Source: Mytilus californianus
Lineage: Eukaryota
Assembly (NCBI RefSeq): GCF_021869535.1
Contig: NW_026262690.1
Location: 80,972,001-81,036,000 of the forward strand
Reading direction: 5' to 3'
Length of the DNA stretch: 64,000 nt
The notes below the pieces were generated by a model. That model ran no database searches. It was given only the letters and a program-made list of their open reading frames with translations, and was not told where the DNA came from. Positions 62,001 to 64,000 of this stretch are shown piece by piece. The first letter of the stretch is position 1, and each line of letters begins with the position of its first letter. The translations under genes and the position numbers were made by a program.

Positions 62001-64000
62001 AAACCATTGTATTGAAACTCAAACTAGTTACCGGTTAGTAGGCATAGTACAATGTGACTTTAAATAAAATTTGATAACTAAACAGTGACCTATCGTTTTT
62101 GACTTCTATGTCATTTGGTCTCTGGTTGAGAGTTGTCTCATTGGCAATTATACCACATCTTCTTATTTTTATATTTTCTAATTTTGTGTAAAGATAAAAT
62201 CAAAACTCATATCAATAAATTTAAATCACCTTTAAAAAAATAATTATTATTGTAAAAACCTCTCTTAAAATTCAAATTACAAACATCCATTATGTCTCAG
62301 TTATCATTATATATAGATTAAGAAATATTGTAACAATATTGAAAAATACCTATCGGATCCCAAAGTAAGGATTACTTACTACAAATAGCATAGATGGCAT
62401 GGTAACCTTTTTTACATTTACATTGTTCATCACGACATTCTGCATTTCTATCAACACACTGTTCATCCCAATCTATATCACAATCTCCATACAATGGCAC
62501 TGAAAATAATTCATTTGATATGTGAATTGAAGCAGCACCATGGTGTTATAAGGCCTCTGTAAGAGAGCAACCATTTAACTTCAAGGGGGGGTTATGGTTT
62601 TTTGTCTGAGTGGGGAAAATTTTTTTTTTTAGTTTTTCGACGCTATCAAATTATTTTTTTTTTCAAAATTTAACACTATTGTTCAAAAATTGCAACAATA
62701 AATGCATGCAAAATTTTTTTAATTTTAAAAAAGTTTATGATTTTTGTTTTGTTATTAACCATATGCATGTTACCTTACAAACCAAGAATAAATCACCCCG
62801 AGTTTTTGCTAGGGTTCGTGTTGCTCAGTCTTTAGTTTTCTATGTTATGTTTTGTGTACTATTGTTTGTCTGTTGGTCTTTTTCTTTTTTAGCCATGGCA
62901 TTGTCAATTTATTTTCGACTTATAAGTTTGAATGTCTCTTTGGTATCTTTCGCCCCCCACTTTCATAATGTACTATATCAAGAACAAGAAACTATACTAC
63001 CGCTTCATAGTGTCAGTTATTAAGGTGAAACGTACATGTATATATGAACTTTCGCTAAGTTAATCAATATAAAAATATTCAATGGTTTGTTATATATACA
63101 AAAATTGTTCCTTCCTTCCTTTTAACTTCCTGTTATGTTAGTACATGTAATTGAATTGTTAACTAACTGACTCTTCATCATGTGAGTATTTAAAATAACT
63201 TTGTAAATATTTTAGTTATATATAATAATTTCACACAAGTCTTTCAGAGTTCCTTGCCACCTGACGTTAAGCAAATAACAATCAATTGATCTGCCATAAT
63301 TTACAAATGTAACTGTCCTCTCAACTGGTGCCCTGTTCCCTTTCATTTTCTAGGTAGAGCACTGATAACTGACCTTTCACTATGGCTTGTTAAGGTAATG
63401 GTGGGGATGGAGTCGGAGGTTTAGCTTTACCAAGGTTTTATGTGGAAGATAACATACCTTTTAGTCTTTGTGGATAAGGTGTTGGTGTGTGTGTAGCTGG
63501 CGGTGGTGGGGATGGAGTCGGAGGTTTTGTTTTACTAAGGTTATATGTGGAAGATAACATACCTTTTAGTCTTTGTGGATAAGGTGTTGGTGTGTGTGTA
63601 GCTGGCAGTGGTGGGGATGGAGTCGGAGGTTTTAGTTTTACTAAGGTTTTATGTGGAAGATAACATACCTTTTACTCTTTGTGAATAAGGTGTTGGTGTG
63701 TGTGTAGCTGGCGGTGGTGGGGATGGAGTCGGAGGTTTAGCTTTACCAAGGTTTTATGTGGAAGATAACATACCTTTTAGTCTTTGTGGATAAGGTGTTG
63801 GTGTGTGGGTAGCTGGCGGTGGTGGGGATGGAGTCGGAGGTTTAGCTTTACCAAGGTTTTCTAATTCATTCTCATGATACTGTTGATGAGCACTTGGCAT
63901 AAAGTCATTGATTTGGAATGACATCACACTGTAGTTGCCATGATGAGCAAACACACATTTTGATGGTGTACCACAGTCAAAAAGATAGCAGCTGTGTTCT
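46717..64000 (-). CDS. LRP11: LRP11-like type I membrane protein (MANSC end - EB-like - LDLa - long low-complexity stalk - TM - DYLINGMYL tail); 5' end outside window
   Basis: All phase-1 exons: 64000-63774, 62499-62380, 61489-61340, 60463-59093, 56406-56365, 54738-54649, 47084-46717; C-terminus GCRLRTVKRRIRRGKSLHSNEADYLINGMYL* matches the recalled LRP11 tail ...SEESDYLINGMYL. Confidence 0.88.
47169..50085 (-). mobile_element. 2.9-kb HINE-like element (family A) containing a 1.6-kb satellite array
   Basis: Sub-TIR ATACGACCGC at both ends, head hairpin and (GTC)n at ~49980-50085, 3' hairpin at ~47180. Confidence 0.85.
47380..48995. repeat. Higher-order satellite array: 126/136/136-bp monomers forming a ~398-bp trimer, 12 monomers
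   Basis: AGATT anchor G at 47401, 47527, 47663, 47799, 47925, 48060, 48196, 48322, 48449, 48585, 48721, 48847, 48982. Confidence 0.9.
50263..52660. repeat. ~1.1-kb tandem duplication (2 full copies plus ~175 bp) of a composite of three HINE fragments and a spacer
   Basis: ATGTTGACGAC unit starts at 50263, 51368, 52486; near-identical ORFs in the track are offset by 1105 bp. Confidence 0.9.
52910..54117 (-). mobile_element. HINE family C (~162-bp repeats) interrupted by nested HINE family D (~53027-53494, two 170-bp repeats)
   Basis: Family C motif TGTGGTAA-TAA-GCATTG is split by the D insertion; C head ATGCCCCCGCC...GGGGGCAT at ~54085-54117. Confidence 0.8.
54649..54738 (-). CDS. LRP11: LRP11 exon (acidic/Pro-rich stalk)
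   Basis: NTPAPPKPVVEQPDEDKSEESDKDIPLET; ttacag acceptor, GTATGT donor; 90 nt. Confidence 0.85.
55185..55480 (-). mobile_element. Degenerate tRNA-derived SINE interrupted by a 3'-anchored repeat fragment (55272-55370)
   Basis: A-box-like TGACCTGAGTGG and B-box-like GTTCTAACTCC on the - strand; tail ...TTAACACCAACAATCAAT. Confidence 0.5.
56365..56406 (-). CDS. LRP11: LRP11 42-nt exon (DKQSNDKDENHEDK)
   Basis: tttttgcag acceptor, G|GTTTGT donor, phase 1/1. Confidence 0.7.
57539..58273 (-). mobile_element. HINE family B with ~160-bp repeats (related fragment at 50086-50340)
   Basis: Head with CCGT/CTGT microsatellite at ~58205-58270; ATAAACAAT anchor at 57824, 57985, 58144. Confidence 0.8.
59093..60463 (-). 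CDS. LRP11: LRP11 1371-nt exon encoding a Q/N/P/Y/G-rich region, poly-Thr, and HFEDSGNNK repeats
   Basis: 470-aa ORF; cattag acceptor at 60464, G|GTAGTT donor at 59093; phase 1/1. Confidence 0.88.
61030..61339 (-). repeat. Degenerate ~105-bp tandem copies of the LDLa exon end plus donor
   Basis: Donor-like motifs at 61232-61237 and 61125-61130, preceded by ADGSNEENCPK and CVDGCDGANCPKNLK remnants. Confidence 0.75.
61340..61489 (-). CDS. LRP11: LRP11 LDL-receptor class A exon
   Basis: CSDEEFQC...DCIDSKHRCDGVPQCADGSDEEKC; GTAGGT donor. Confidence 0.93.
62380..62499 (-). CDS. LRP11: LRP11 six-cysteine EB/EGF-like exon (not in ORF track)
   Basis: VPLYGDCDIDWDEQCVDRNAECRDEQCKCKKGYHAIYAIC; ttttcag acceptor, GTAAGT donor, phase 1/1. 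Confidence 0.85.
63394..63860 (-). repeat. 105-bp tandem array (4.4 copies): last 87 nt of the exon plus first 18 nt of the intron
   Basis: ATGTGGAAG anchor at 63440, 63545, 63651, 63756; the AAAG|GTATGT donor is present in every full copy. Confidence 0.95.
63774..64000 (-). CDS. LRP11: LRP11 exon: C-terminal part of MANSC domain plus Pro/Thr linker (5' boundary at or beyond window edge)
   Basis: EHSCYLFDCGTPSKCVFAHHGNYS...HENELENLGKAKPPTPSPPPP; resembles the MANSC CYLFxC motif. Confidence 0.85.

Overview
AT-rich, intron-rich animal genomic DNA, most likely a bivalve mollusc (Mytilus-like, inferred from the repeat families; not verified). I reconstructed four protein-coding genes exon by exon from GT-AG junctions and reading phase. 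(1) First coding exon of a PPP1R37-like PP1 regulator (- strand; the rest runs off the left edge). (2) A complete VRK1-type kinase (+), head-to-head with it. (3) A complete PCMT1/PIMT (+). (4) The 3' part of an LRP11-like receptor (-), tail-to-tail with PCMT1 as in human. The most interesting signals are alternative C-termini carrying localisation tags. The VRK can end either in a CaaX prenylation box (...KSSCIIS*) or in a spliced terminal exon. PCMT1 can end in ...RFK* or, through a 22-nt downstream exon, in ...SSSKDEL*. LRP11 carries two separate ~105-bp tandem arrays that each duplicate an exon end together with its splice donor. Introns and intergenic DNA are packed with non-autonomous Helentron-type (HINE/pearl-like) elements containing internal satellite arrays, TIR MITEs with several TSD types, SINE remnants and minisatellites. 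No rRNA, tRNA or CRISPR was found. All homology calls come from recalled protein motifs, not from database searches.
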